64,000 nt of DNA from an uncultured Desulfobacterales bacterium (GTDB lineage: Bacteria > Desulfobacterota > Desulfobacteria > Desulfobacterales > Desulfosudaceae), in the NCBI GenBank assembly GCA_964632805.1, contig CAZWCS010000005.1, forward strand, positions 943 to 64,942, in the 5' to 3' direction. How positions within the stretch are numbered: the first letter of the stretch is position 1; each line of letters starts with the position of its first letter. A model generated the notes under the pieces. It was not told the origin of the DNA. It made no database searches and saw nothing but the letters and a program-made list of their open reading frames with translations. Made by a program: the position numbers and the translations under genes. Positions 18,586-28,509 of the stretch are shown here, piece by piece.

Positions 18586-19171
18586 AAACCTCCGCAAACA
18601 GTTTTTTCTCCAGAGAAGGAGAGTTCCTCAGTTTGTTTACACTGCGATACAGGTGGGTTTTGACTGTATTTTCATTTCTTCCCAGCACTTTCGCAATTTC
18701 CGCAATGGTCAACCCGTCTATATATTTGAGCAGAAATATCTCCCGCTCGCTTTTCGGCAGGGTTTGCAGAAAAGCGTCCAGAATGGCTTGAAAACTGTTT
18801 GCCCGAACAGCGGACAAAGAATTCACCGCTTCATTATTGCCGGCGGTCGGCAGGGGTTCCAGGTCCGCGCCCAGGCCCAGAAACAGGAGAAACCGCTTTT
18901 TCTTGTAAAAATCTTTTACCTGATTGATGGCAATGGTATACAGCCAGGGCTTGAAGCGCTCCGGATGTTTTAGCTTGGGAAGATTTTTCAAGACTTTAAT
19001 AAACACCTCCTGGGTAATATCTTCGGCATCGGGCCGGTTTTTGATCCGGAAAAACACCAGACGGTAAATCCGCTCATGATAGCGGGCAATAATTTTTTCT
19101 TTGGCGGTCTTGTCACCGTGGCAGGCTTTTCTGATTACGACCGCCAAACTGTTTTCGGTTCCGGATGACAT
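18572..19171 (-). CDS. ECF-type RNA polymerase sigma-70 factor
   Basis: 199-aa ORF. Region 2 (DAEDITQEVFIKVLKNL, FKPWLYTIAIN) and region 4 (REIFLLKYIDGLTIAEIAKVLGRNENTVKTHLYRS). Confidence 0.9.
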   Translation of the reverse strand: MSSGTENSLAVVIRKACHGDKTAKEKIIARYHERIYRLVFFRIKNRPDAEDITQEVFIKVLKNLPKLKHPERFKPWLYTIAINQVKDFYKKKRFLLFLGLGADLEPLPTAGNNEAVNSLSAVRANSFQAILDAFLQTLPKSEREIFLLKYIDGLTIAEIAKVLGRNENTVKTHLYRSVNKLRNSPSLEKKLFAEVYDVN

Positions 19172-19302
19172 GATTTTTTCTTTTTACTGATTCAGACGCC
19201 GGCGGTGTCGATTGGGTTTACAAAAAAATACGCCGGCTTTTTACTATGATGAAAATTTCATCTTTTGAAGTCCGCCAGATCCGGAAATTTCCGCGAAATC
19301 GT

Positions 19303-21621
19303 TTAATTGGCGTGCAGCGCCTGCCAGGCACCCTGCTGACCGGCACAGAACAGCGGATCTGTTTCACCAGGAGCCAGAAGCAGGCATTTACCAAAGGACC
19401 GGCGCGCCTGTTCCGGCCGTCCCAGCTGACGATAGCCAAGCCCCAGAATATAATATCCGAACACTTTTTGACCTTTATCTGTCAGGGTTTCCAGATAGGC
19501 GGCAAACTCGGAATTACGGCTGAAGTCCATCATAAAAGCGGCCGTGCACCAGGGAAAGGAATTTCGTGGCGACCCGCTGAGCAGCGCCTGCCAGTACCGG
19601 TGGCTATCGCCGCGCAGGCGTTTTTCCCGGGCGGCAAGCCCACCGGCGATCAGAGCGGCCACGGCCTTTTTCCCTTTTCTTACTTCCGGGGTGGCGATAA
19701 TTTCATCCAGTTGTGCCAAAGCATCACCGCTTTTCCCCCTTTCCGCCAGACGCAGACTCCGTTCCAGAGCGATATCGGCAAAACGGGCGGCCCGTACCGA
19801 GGGAAAATGGGCTTCCGCTACCGCCCGGCGATAGTAAGCGTCCTCCTGTTCGAAATCCCCGGTTTTCCGGCACAAACGGGCCGCCAGCAAAAAACCGTCG
19901 ATGTAATGCGGGTGGAGCCTCAGGCTTCGGGTCAGATAGCCTTCGGCTTTCCGGTTTTCCCCGTTCCGCATGGCGATAGCAGCCAGTTCCACCAAAGCTT
20001 CCGGGAAATTCGGTTCGCGCGCCAGGGCCATCCACAGATAAGAACAGGCTTGCTCCATTCGGTCCTGCCGGATCAGAATCCGGGCCAGATGATAGGGAGA
20101 ATCCGGGTCCCAGGGATGGTTTTGCAAGGAACGCTGAAAGGCGCAAATGGCTTGAGATTCCCGGCCGGCATCCTGATGGGCCAGGCCGATAAAATAGTCA
20201 TGACGGGCGGTTTTGCGCTCCTCGATATCCGGCCAGTCCGGCCAGCAAAGAAGCAGCAGGGCGGTCAGACCCGCGGCGGCGGCCAGCAAAGATCGATACT
20301 GCCGCTTTTGCATCCTCTCCATAATGCTTCGCAAGGCATAGGCAGCCAAAGGGGTGAGCAGCACCAGCGTGGGCAAACGGTAACGATCTGAGGCCTTGAA
20401 AGGAAAAATGGAGACAACGCTGAGCAACAGACACATGACCAGTAAAAACTTTCCGGCTTCACAGCTCTCCCGGCGAACAAGGAACAATCCCAGAATTCCT
20501 AGAGGGATTAACAGCCAGAAAAGAGGCGCGGTAAGCCGCAACAGCGCCGAATAGTTGCGATAGGCATAAACATCAAACTCCTGGCTCCATTGCCGGGCAT
20601 TACAGAAAACCAGCAGCCGGTTTAACTGTGTCTTGACAACTGACAGGGAATCGTTACGGAGCGCTTCCCAGGCCTGTCTAAACCAGAATTTTTCGATAGC
20701 CACTTCCGAGCGGAGGCCTTCCCGGAAGGGCCTCCGGATTTCTTTTCTGAATTTGGCACCTGGCGGAGGGTGCAAGCCGCCGTACCGGGGGGCCAAGGCG
20801 GAATAAAAACTCCAGCCGGGCTGAGCGCGAAGCAGCGGTGCGCCGGATATCTGATAGTTGCGGTAAACCATGGGACCGATCAGCAGGATCACACCCAGCG
20901 CAAAAAGCAGGCCGTTTTTTGCTGCCGAAACGGGCCGGGAACGCTGGATTGAAAGCAACCAGAAAATGATAAACGGCCAAAGCAGGAACAGATTGGCCCG
21001 GGAGCCGGCAGCCAGCGCAAAAGACAGCCCCGCCGGTACCAGAGTCCGCAAACGGTGTCGAGTACAGATCAAGAGCCACAGGCTCAGACTCAGAAAAAAA
21101 AGGGCGAAACTTTCCGCATATTTTTCCGACGCAAAGACCACCAGCATCCAGTTGGTAGCCAGCAGCAGACCCGTAATCAGGCCGGTTCGCCGGTCCCAGA
21201 CAACTCGCGCGATCCGGGCCATAAAAACGACAGTCAACGCCCCCATAAAATTCTGAAGCAATTTGTTGATCCAGGGAGCCCCTCCCCACAGAATTTTCTG
21301 CAGCGCCAGGAAGGCGGGATATATGGGCAGGTAATTATGAACGTAGTACCAGAGCCACTCTCCCCTGGCCATCAAAGTTGCCCATTCGTCATAGGACAGG
21401 GCATCCACCACCGGATAGCCAAACAAAGGGTTGGCCCGGGAATGATAAAGGTAAACCAGACGCAGACCGAAGGCAAAACAAAACAGAAAGAACCAAAGCG
21501 CCTTTTCGGAAAAGAGGTCATACCCGGATACCGGCGTCGTTTTTCTGAAGCAGTCTGATGACCGGCAACTGCTGTTCAGATCAGGTGATTTGCGATTACT
21601 CCGGTGTTGAGCCGTAGTCAA
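19303..21621 (-). CDS. GT-C-fold (family 39/83-like) polytopic membrane glycosyltransferase fused to C-terminal TPR repeats
   Basis: 772-aa ORF with about 10 hydrophobic segments in the N-terminal 450 aa, then TPR-like repeats (AICAFQRSLQNHPWDPDSPYHLARIL..., KAEGYLTRSLRLHPHY...). The only in-frame start before TM1 is TTG 21621. Confidence 0.65.
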   Translation of the reverse strand: MTTAQHRSNRKSPDLNSSCRSSDCFRKTTPVSGYDLFSEKALWFFLFCFAFGLRLVYLYHSRANPLFGYPVVDALSYDEWATLMARGEWLWYYVHNYLPIYPAFLALQKILWGGAPWINKLLQNFMGALTVVFMARIARVVWDRRTGLITGLLLATNWMLVVFASEKYAESFALFFLSLSLWLLICTRHRLRTLVPAGLSFALAAGSRANLFLLWPFIIFWLLSIQRSRPVSAAKNGLLFALGVILLIGPMVYRNYQISGAPLLRAQPGWSFYSALAPRYGGLHPPPGAKFRKEIRRPFREGLRSEVAIEKFWFRQAWEALRNDSLSVVKTQLNRLLVFCNARQWSQEFDVYAYRNYSALLRLTAPLFWLLIPLGILGLFLVRRESCEAGKFLLVMCLLLSVVSIFPFKASDRYRLPTLVLLTPLAAYALRSIMERMQKRQYRSLLAAAAGLTALLLLCWPDWPDIEERKTARHDYFIGLAHQDAGRESQAICAFQRSLQNHPWDPDSPYHLARILIRQDRMEQACSYLWMALAREPNFPEALVELAAIAMRNGENRKAEGYLTRSLRLHPHYIDGFLLAARLCRKTGDFEQEDAYYRRAVAEAHFPSVRAARFADIALERSLRLAERGKSGDALAQLDEIIATPEVRKGKKAVAALIAGGLAAREKRLRGDSHRYWQALLSGSPRNSFPWCTAAFMMDFSRNSEFAAYLETLTDKGQKVFGYYILGLGYRQLGRPEQARRSFGKCLLLAPGETDPLFCAGQQGAWQALHAN

Positions 21622-22079
21622 GAGCTTGCACTCCTCCGGTTGACGGGTTGTAACAGCGCCTGCTACCGGTTATGGTGAATATGACGACCGGGACTCGAAT
21701 ATAGCTTATAATCCCTTTCAACACAGCATGTTATCATAAGCAAAGTTTATTTTTCTGTCAACGAAAGTGATTTGTGACAAAAGCAGGTTCATCTGCCGGT
21801 TCCCAGCAGCGACCATTTATCGGAGTCGCGAGGTTTTCAAGACGATTCCGTCCTTCATGATATCTACCAACACTTTTCTCGACATGCCCCGGATTTCGAA
21901 AACGATATTGAAGGCCACGAGGGGGTATTAAACAGAGCAAAAACTGTTTTTCCCTTGTTTTTCTTTTTTGACAAAAGAATGCAAATCTAGGATGATTGAT
22001 TCGCTCCGTATTGGCACCCGTCAAAACGGAGAACGGTCATCGTGCAGTTGGTCTTTTTGTTTTGGGCGGAGGATCGTGT

Positions 22080-22949
22080 ATGCCTTTGAGAGCACTTTCG
22101 ACAATATCACCCTGGGAGTGGCCGGAGGGAGCCGATAAAACGATACTGCAGGTTCTTTGTGACAGCCGGGCGGAGGTCTCGGAACGTACGCTGGCGGCTG
22201 AGCTGGCCGGTGACGTTGTGGTTATGAGTGATACCATAGCGGAAGCCTTGCTGGTCATTTTAAAAAACAACCAGGAGTCAGAGGAACTGCGCTGTCAGGC
22301 GGCCATTTCGATCGGGGCGGCGCTGGAGTATAGCGATATTGCAGCGCTGGATCTGGAGGATGACAAAATATCCGCCATCGAGATGGAGGAGCAGATTCTT
22401 TCCGAAAAAACATTGTACACGATTCAGGACGCTCTGCTCCGGCTTTACAGGGATGCCAAGGTGCCCAACCGGGTGCGGCGACAAATTCTGGAGGCGGCGG
22501 TACATTCTCCCCAGGAGTGGCATCAGGATGCCGTTCGCGCCGCGTATTCCAGTAGCGATGAAATGTGGCGGCTGACCGCCGTTTTCTGTATGAATTATAT
22601 CAGCGGATTTGACAAGCAGATTCTGGAATCTCTGGAAAGCAATAATCCCGACCTTTTTTTTGAGGCGGTTTGTGCGGCCGGCAGCAACGGACTGGTCAAG
22701 GCCTGGCCCCATATCGCCGCCATTCTGACCTCCAGGAAAGTCGATAAGGAATTACTTCTGGCCGCGATTGATGCCGTACCCGAAATTCGTCCGGAAAAAG
22801 CCTTGGATGTCATTGGCAACTATTTGAATCACGGTGATCCGGATATTGTAGACGCCGCTTTTGAAGCTTTATCCATGGCAGATGCCATTTTGGAAATCAA
22901 CGACATCATGGACATCGACGATGAAGACGCCTTTTTTGATGACGATTGA
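22080..22949 (+). CDS. HEAT-like repeat protein with acidic C-terminal tail
   Basis: ATG 22080 is preceded by GGAGGA. Helical repeats (ELRCQAAISIGAALEY; VRRQILEAAVHSPQEW; PDIVDAAFEALSMA). The tail is DIMDIDDEDAFFDDD. Confidence 0.5.
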   Translation: MPLRALSTISPWEWPEGADKTILQVLCDSRAEVSERTLAAELAGDVVVMSDTIAEALLVILKNNQESEELRCQAAISIGAALEYSDIAALDLEDDKISAIEMEEQILSEKTLYTIQDALLRLYRDAKVPNRVRRQILEAAVHSPQEWHQDAVRAAYSSSDEMWRLTAVFCMNYISGFDKQILESLESNNPDLFFEAVCAAGSNGLVKAWPHIAAILTSRKVDKELLLAAIDAVPEIRPEKALDVIGNYLNHGDPDIVDAAFEALSMADAILEINDIMDIDDEDAFFDDD

Positions 22950-22966
22950 GGTCTTTAAAGCATCGG

Positions 22967-23833
22967 CTACAAATCCGGGCGGAAGCCGCTGAAGTAATCC
23001 TGTACCAGGGTTTTTTCCCCTTCCACCTGTTGCATGTCAAGCATTTCTTCCGGACATATGCGGCTGCAGATACCGCAGCCCAGGCAGCTATCCGCAATGG
23101 TTACCCCGGCCGCCGTGATCTGAACGGCCCCCACGGGGCAACTTTCCACGCATAATCCACACCTGCTGCAGCTCCCGGTACAAACGGCTTGCCAGCCCAT
23201 ATGCCGGAATCGTTGCCGCACATCCGGAGTCACTTTCTTCAGGTTCTGCAAGGCAATGCAGCAACAGGGGCAGCAGAAGCAGATTTCCAGCCATTTGTGG
23301 TAATGTTCTTTTTTTATCCCCCAGATATAATTTTCCGCTTCAATCCACATCCCCATGCCCACCAGCCCCAGATCAACCGCCCGGTATAAATGGTGGACAG
23401 CCTCTGCAACGGTTGCTTCCCGGGCAACCCCGTTTCTGACCGTGGCCTCAGCGCCCCGGCCGAGAAAAATGCATCCCAGATTTTGATCATGGGTTTGGCA
23501 TTTGTTTCCCGTCCGGCAGAGGCATTTGTGCATGATTGCCCGATATTCGGACTTTTCGATGGATTTTCGGATTACGTCCAGGGGGAGGACGGTATTTTGC
23601 AGGTTTCCGGTTTCATTGAGGGAAAAATTGAGATTAAACGTATAGGATTGGGTAAGGTGCTTTTGGGGATCATCCATCAGAACCAGTTTTTTCAGCAAAG
23701 TTCCCAGCAGGGGGATTTTTACCCCCCCGGCGGCGATACCCATGGCGCGAGTAAACATCCGGGAGTACCAGCTCCAGTTGGCCCTGGTGGCGGCAAAGCG
23801 TTCCCGCAGGGGACGTTTTTCGTGGTTTTGCAA
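22967..23833 (-). CDS. cysteine-rich Fe-S protein, paralogue 1 (CxCR..C..GC, CFCCPCCC and two CxxCxxCxxxCP ferredoxin motifs)
   Basis: 288-aa ORF with a TTG start. Motifs: HKCLCRTGNKCQTHDQNLGCIFLG, EICFCCPCCCIAL, CSRCGLCVESCP, CLGCGICSRICP. Colinear with the ORFs at 58373-59299 and 61341-62162. Confidence 0.75.
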   Translation of the reverse strand: MQNHEKRPLRERFAATRANWSWYSRMFTRAMGIAAGGVKIPLLGTLLKKLVLMDDPQKHLTQSYTFNLNFSLNETGNLQNTVLPLDVIRKSIEKSEYRAIMHKCLCRTGNKCQTHDQNLGCIFLGRGAEATVRNGVAREATVAEAVHHLYRAVDLGLVGMGMWIEAENYIWGIKKEHYHKWLEICFCCPCCCIALQNLKKVTPDVRQRFRHMGWQAVCTGSCSRCGLCVESCPVGAVQITAAGVTIADSCLGCGICSRICPEEMLDMQQVEGEKTLVQDYFSGFRPDL

Positions 23834-24195
23834 AAAGGATTTCCTTTATTCGATAACAAATCAAAGCCGTTTTCTCCGGAGAGCGAAAAAAGCCGAAAGG
23901 CGACGGTCAAGTCTCGCTGGTCAGCAGATTTTCGAAAGAGGTTTGCCAATTCCGCAACCACCGAAAAAACCATGCCAGAAAACGTTTTGGATGTCAACGG
24001 CTTTTCTTACCTCTTAGCATATCGAGAAATAGTGCTTTCCGGAGCGTCGCCAAATAGTCGGCTGCCAATTTAACAATTGCCTTTTTACAATGATTCCATT
24101 ATCATAGAATTTGCAGCCAGCGTTTTACAGCAGCCCGAAGGGGATCAGAGCCGGAAGATACGCTGCCAACATAAAAGCCATATAAGGAGTCGGTC

Positions 24196-25902
24196 ATGTT
24201 ACTGTTAAATCCGAAAAAATATCAGGATAGAAACTATCCGGATGAGCGGTCCAGAGAAATTATGCGGAAAACCATTGATTTTTTTGAGAACAAAGGCCTC
24301 AAAAAAATGAAGGAAGATTTTTACTCATTTGAGTTTACTTATGATTTTGCAGAATTTATTAAAAAGGAAGGAATTTTTGAAACCCTGTTTTTGCCTGCGG
24401 GGTATGGTGATTCCGACCAGTATTACAGCACCTATCGCATGTTTGAATTTTCTGAAATATGCGGCTTTTACGGCACAGCTTACTGGTATATGTATCATGT
24501 CTCAACGCTGGGGCTGGATCCCGTATTTCTGGGTGACAATGAGGAAGCCAAACAAAAAGCCGTGGCCACGTTGAGAGAAAATCCCTTATGCGCCTTTGGA
24601 TTGTCGGAAAAGGAGCATGGCGCCGATATTTACTCCACGGAAATGAAGCTTTACCCCCAGAAAGACGGCACCTACCTGGCCCGCGGCACCAAATACTATA
24701 TTGGCAACGGCAACGAAGCCTCAACCATCACCGTTTTCGGGAAGATGGCCGATACCGACGAATACGTCTTTTTTGTGGTAGATTCCCACCATGAAAAATA
24801 TGAATGCGTTCAAAATGTCATCCAGGCCCAGAATTATGTTTCCGAATTTATCCTGCATGACTATCCCATCACCGATGCCGACATTCTGTCCCGTGGCCCC
24901 AAGGCCTGGGACGACATGCTTAATACCATCAATATCTGCAAGTTCAATATCGGCTCCGGCGCCATCGGCATTGTCACCCACTCCTTTTATGAAGCCTTAA
25001 ACCATGCCGCGCATCGGAATGTTTACGGAAAATATGTTACCGACTTTCCGCATGTAAAACGCCTGTTCCTCGATTCCTACTGCCGCCTGGCCGGCATGAA
25101 GCTTTTCGGCCTGCGTGCCACGGATTACATGCGCGCCGCCAGCCCCACGGACAAACGCTATCTGCTTTACAATCCCATCATGAAAATGAAAGTGGCCATC
25201 CAGGGCGAAGAAATCCATGAAATGCTCTGGGACATCATCGCCGCCAAGGGGTTTGAAAAAGACAACTATTTTTCCCAGGCCGTGGTGGAATTAAAAGGCT
25301 TCCCCAAGCTGGAAGGCACCCGGCATGTCAATATGGCCCTGATTGCCAAGCTTATGCCGAATTTCTTTTTTAATCCCGGTGAATTTCCGGAAGTCCCCCG
25401 CATGAACGGTGACGAAAACGACGACTATCTTTTTCATCAGGGCAAAACCCGCGGCTACGGCAAGACCCAGTTTCACGATTTCCACCCGGTTTATGATTCC
25501 GTCGACCTGCCCAACGTCAATATTTTCAAAGAACAGATAAAAGCCTTTGAAGAATTTCTGATGCTCTCGGGCATGGAGATCGCCGACCAGATGCTTAATG
25601 ATTTTGATTTTCTGTTAAGCGTGGGGGAAATTTTCACGCTGGTCGCCTATGGTCAACTGATCATTGAAAGCGCCCAAATGGAAAAGGTTGACGATGATCT
25701 GCTGGATGAAATTTTTGATGTCTATGTCCGGGATTTTTCCCGTTACGCCCTGGATATTCACGGCAAGCAGACCGCCACTCAGGCGCAGAAAGACCAGTGC
25801 CTGAAAATGTTGAAAAGTCCGGTTGTTGATCCGGAAAAAGTTGAACGGGTGTTAAAGACGCATGTTTATTCTCTGGTGGATGCGTATACGATGAACCCGT
25901 AA
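24196..25902 (+). CDS. acyl-CoA dehydrogenase-family protein, atypical long form (568 aa)
   Basis: AAGGAG RBS. ACAD-like middle and C-terminal blocks (LSEKEHGADIYSTEM, TKYYIGNGNEA, ...GFEKDNYFSQAVVELKGFPKLEGTRHVN). The protein is more divergent than the ACAD at 6204-8021. Confidence 0.65.
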   Translation: MLLLNPKKYQDRNYPDERSREIMRKTIDFFENKGLKKMKEDFYSFEFTYDFAEFIKKEGIFETLFLPAGYGDSDQYYSTYRMFEFSEICGFYGTAYWYMYHVSTLGLDPVFLGDNEEAKQKAVATLRENPLCAFGLSEKEHGADIYSTEMKLYPQKDGTYLARGTKYYIGNGNEASTITVFGKMADTDEYVFFVVDSHHEKYECVQNVIQAQNYVSEFILHDYPITDADILSRGPKAWDDMLNTINICKFNIGSGAIGIVTHSFYEALNHAAHRNVYGKYVTDFPHVKRLFLDSYCRLAGMKLFGLRATDYMRAASPTDKRYLLYNPIMKMKVAIQGEEIHEMLWDIIAAKGFEKDNYFSQAVVELKGFPKLEGTRHVNMALIAKLMPNFFFNPGEFPEVPRMNGDENDDYLFHQGKTRGYGKTQFHDFHPVYDSVDLPNVNIFKEQIKAFEEFLMLSGMEIADQMLNDFDFLLSVGEIFTLVAYGQLIIESAQMEKVDDDLLDEIFDVYVRDFSRYALDIHGKQTATQAQKDQCLKMLKSPVVDPEKVERVLKTHVYSLVDAYTMNP

Positions 25903-25954
25903 TACGTCGCCTTTGTCATTTTTTAATAGACAGTCAGAAAGATGACCGGTCCGG

Positions 25955-27127
25955 ATGCAGAAAGATCCGATTAAAATTAATATTGCCGATCTGGAAGAAA
26001 TCCTGGGCCGGCACATTGTCTCGGCGGCCGAGGTGAATTACGCCATCAAAATCGTCGGCCATCCGGGTATCGGGAAATCCGAAGTCGTCCGGCAGGTCGC
26101 GCAGAAACACAACTTTCTGTTTATTGACACCCGGCTGGCCTTTAAGGAAAACATCGACCTGGGCGGGTATCCGGTGCCGGACCATGATGCCCGGAAAATG
26201 ATTTACTATCGGCCCCATTTTATTCCGCCGGCTGCGGTTCCGGATCCCTATGACGGGGTTGTCTGGTTTCTGGATGAAGTCAATCGAGCGCACCCGACCG
26301 TTATCCAGACGCTGTTCCAGATTATCACTGAGGGCGTCTGTGGTGAGCACCGGCTTCCCCTCAACACTGCCGTTGTGCTGGCCGGAAACCTGGGGGACAG
26401 CGATGCCACGGCCTTGACTGAGTTTGATGACGCTGCGCTGGACGGCCGCCTGGCGGTTTTTCATCTCTTTCCGGAAGCAGCCTTATGGCTGAAGTGGGCC
26501 CATCGCGAAGCCCTTCATCCGGCTGTTACCCGCTACATCGCCAGTTTTCCGGACCGGCTCTGGGATGAGGTCAACATTTATCCCAACCCCCGGGGTTGGC
26601 ATCAGGTTTCCAGTGCGCTGGTGCACACCTATGATTTGGCCGATACGGAACGCCTGCGGCAGTACTTCCTGGCCGCGTGCGGCCCGGCATTGGAAAAAGT
26701 GATCCAGTCCCTGATCGGACGCGTTGCCGCGGATGATTTTATTATGCAACTGACCGCCCCCCGAAAACTTTCTACTCAGGATATCCTGTCCGGGGACCCG
26801 CAAAAAACAAAAGAGATACAACAGGGCAATATCCCGGCCGAAGACATTCTCTGGGCTCTTTCCGGCGCCCTTCTCTATTTGCGAGAGATCCGGAGGGGGG
26901 GTGCGTTGGGCAATCCGGACACAGCAGATTCGGACCTGATCACCCTGGCCAATGTGCTGACGGTTATCGGTCTTTGCCGGGCGGACATGCGGCTTTCCTT
27001 TTTTTATCAGCTTCTTTCCCAGGCGGCCATTTTTACCCAGATCCCGGCGGCCATCCAATCCCTTAAAGACAGCGTTCTGGCAGAGGAGCTGACCCGGCGG
27101 TTTTCCGGCCTGTTGGAGGAGGAATGA
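25955..27127 (+). CDS. MoxR/AAA_5-type AAA+ ATPase
   Basis: Walker A IVGHPGIGKSEV, Walker B VVWFLDEVNRAHP, sensor region VVLAGNLGD. The stop codon overlaps the next ATG (ATGA at 27124-27127). Confidence 0.8.
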   Translation: MQKDPIKINIADLEEILGRHIVSAAEVNYAIKIVGHPGIGKSEVVRQVAQKHNFLFIDTRLAFKENIDLGGYPVPDHDARKMIYYRPHFIPPAAVPDPYDGVVWFLDEVNRAHPTVIQTLFQIITEGVCGEHRLPLNTAVVLAGNLGDSDATALTEFDDAALDGRLAVFHLFPEAALWLKWAHREALHPAVTRYIASFPDRLWDEVNIYPNPRGWHQVSSALVHTYDLADTERLRQYFLAACGPALEKVIQSLIGRVAADDFIMQLTAPRKLSTQDILSGDPQKTKEIQQGNIPAEDILWALSGALLYLREIRRGGALGNPDTADSDLITLANVLTVIGLCRADMRLSFFYQLLSQAAIFTQIPAAIQSLKDSVLAEELTRRFSGLLEEE

Positions 27128-28509
27128 ACACCGAAGCCCTGGCCAAGTGGGACCGTGTCCTGACCCGCTTGTGGCATGTCAGCCGGTTTTCCTCCTATTT
27201 TTATCAGGCCGTGCGCCTGGTGCCGGATTCCAACCTGCCGACCCTGGCGCTGATCGTATCGGCCCACCGTTTTTCCCTGATTTTCAATCCCCCGTTTGTC
27301 CTGAAAACCCGCCGGGACGATTTATTGGGTCTGCTCATTCATGAAATGCTTCATGTCATTTTAAACCACGACCATCGCGCCCGCCCCGGCCAGGACCCGT
27401 TTCTGCAGAATCTGGCTCAGGACATGGTGATCAACTCCTATCTGGAAAAGCATAAAACCACCTTTTTTACGCCCAAAACCGGGCAGCGGCCTGTCTCACT
27501 GGTCCTTCCGCCGGGCCTGCCGCACCTGCCCGCGGAACTGATTCACCAGACAGAGGCAGGGAAACCCTCTCGGGGCCGCCTCGGGGATTACACCTGGGAG
27601 GAAGTTTATGCCTGGCTTTTAAAAACACAGCAGGAAACCGGGATATTCTCCCTGAACGGACCGGGGAGCGCGCACGGCCTGCCGGAGTATGCCCCGGTCT
27701 CCTGGAGGAAATCTGATACTGGTTCCGCCCTGCAGGGACTGACCTTTATCAATGATAACGGCCAACCTCTGCCAACGGGTATGCATCTGTTTGACCGGCT
27801 TACCGTCAATAATGATAAAGATGCCGGGAAAAAGCGCCTCATGCGGTTTATCCAGTCCCAAAATGACTGCCGCCAGGACCGTATTTTTCAGGAAGTAACC
27901 GGCTTGATCGAAACGCCCCGACCGGTGAACACCGCCCGCTGGAAAACAAGAATCAAGCACCTGGTTCGGCGCGCAGCCCCGTCCAGCCGGTGGGAATATT
28001 CGTCCGCCCGCTTTAACCGGCGGTTTTTTGCCCAGGGCATTTACGCGCCCGGCAGACGCTATCTGGAAAAAACGTTGATAACCGTGGCCGTAGATGTTTC
28101 CGGGTCCATGGCCGCCCATCCCCGGGAACTGGAATCCGCTTTTGGCGCGGTTGAAGACCTGTTGCCCGATTTTTACGTCAGCCTGATATGCGTTGATCAG
28201 GAGGTGTTTGTGCCCCGCAGGCAGAAAAACACTTCAGCCCGGCAGAAAACCAATTGTCCGTTTTTCTATAAAAAAGGGGACTGGCAATTCATCCGCACGG
28301 GCAGCCGGGGAACGACCTTTTTTGCCCCCCTGTTTAATGAATATCTGGCCGGGCACCGGGAGATGGTGATTGTCATTACCGACGGCTATATTTACGATCT
28401 GCAGCGCATCATTCCCTATTTTCCCACGCTTTGGGTGCTGGCCGCCAACGGCAATCCGGATTTTGCGCCGCCCTTTGGAACCGCGGTGACAATCGGTGAA
28501 CAGCCATGA
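27124..28509 (+). CDS. HExxH metallopeptidase-like domain fused to a VWA-like domain (recalled as DUF2201-type partner of MoxR ATPases)
   Basis: GGAGGAGGA RBS. Zincin motif LLIHEMLHVILNHDH in the N-terminal third. MIDAS-like ITVAVDVSGSM in the C-terminal third. ATGA overlaps on both sides. Confidence 0.75.
   Translation: MNTEALAKWDRVLTRLWHVSRFSSYFYQAVRLVPDSNLPTLALIVSAHRFSLIFNPPFVLKTRRDDLLGLLIHEMLHVILNHDHRARPGQDPFLQNLAQDMVINSYLEKHKTTFFTPKTGQRPVSLVLPPGLPHLPAELIHQTEAGKPSRGRLGDYTWEEVYAWLLKTQQETGIFSLNGPGSAHGLPEYAPVSWRKSDTGSALQGLTFINDNGQPLPTGMHLFDRLTVNNDKDAGKKRLMRFIQSQNDCRQDRIFQEVTGLIETPRPVNTARWKTRIKHLVRRAAPSSRWEYSSARFNRRFFAQGIYAPGRRYLEKTLITVAVDVSGSMAAHPRELESAFGAVEDLLPDFYVSLICVDQEVFVPRRQKNTSARQKTNCPFFYKKGDWQFIRTGSRGTTFFAPLFNEYLAGHREMVIVITDGYIYDLQRIIPYFPTLWVLAANGNPDFAPPFGTAVTIGEQP

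Noticed and set aside
19246-20391. 381-aa plus-strand ORF opposite the TPR half of the glycosyltransferase
   Set aside because: Low-complexity sequence antisense to clear TPR repeats, with no RBS.
21758-22024. 88-aa minus-strand ORF in the 458-nt intergenic region between the glycosyltransferase and HEAT-like genes
   Set aside because: It has no RBS and an odd composition, and it overlaps the probable promoter and RBS of the HEAT-like gene.
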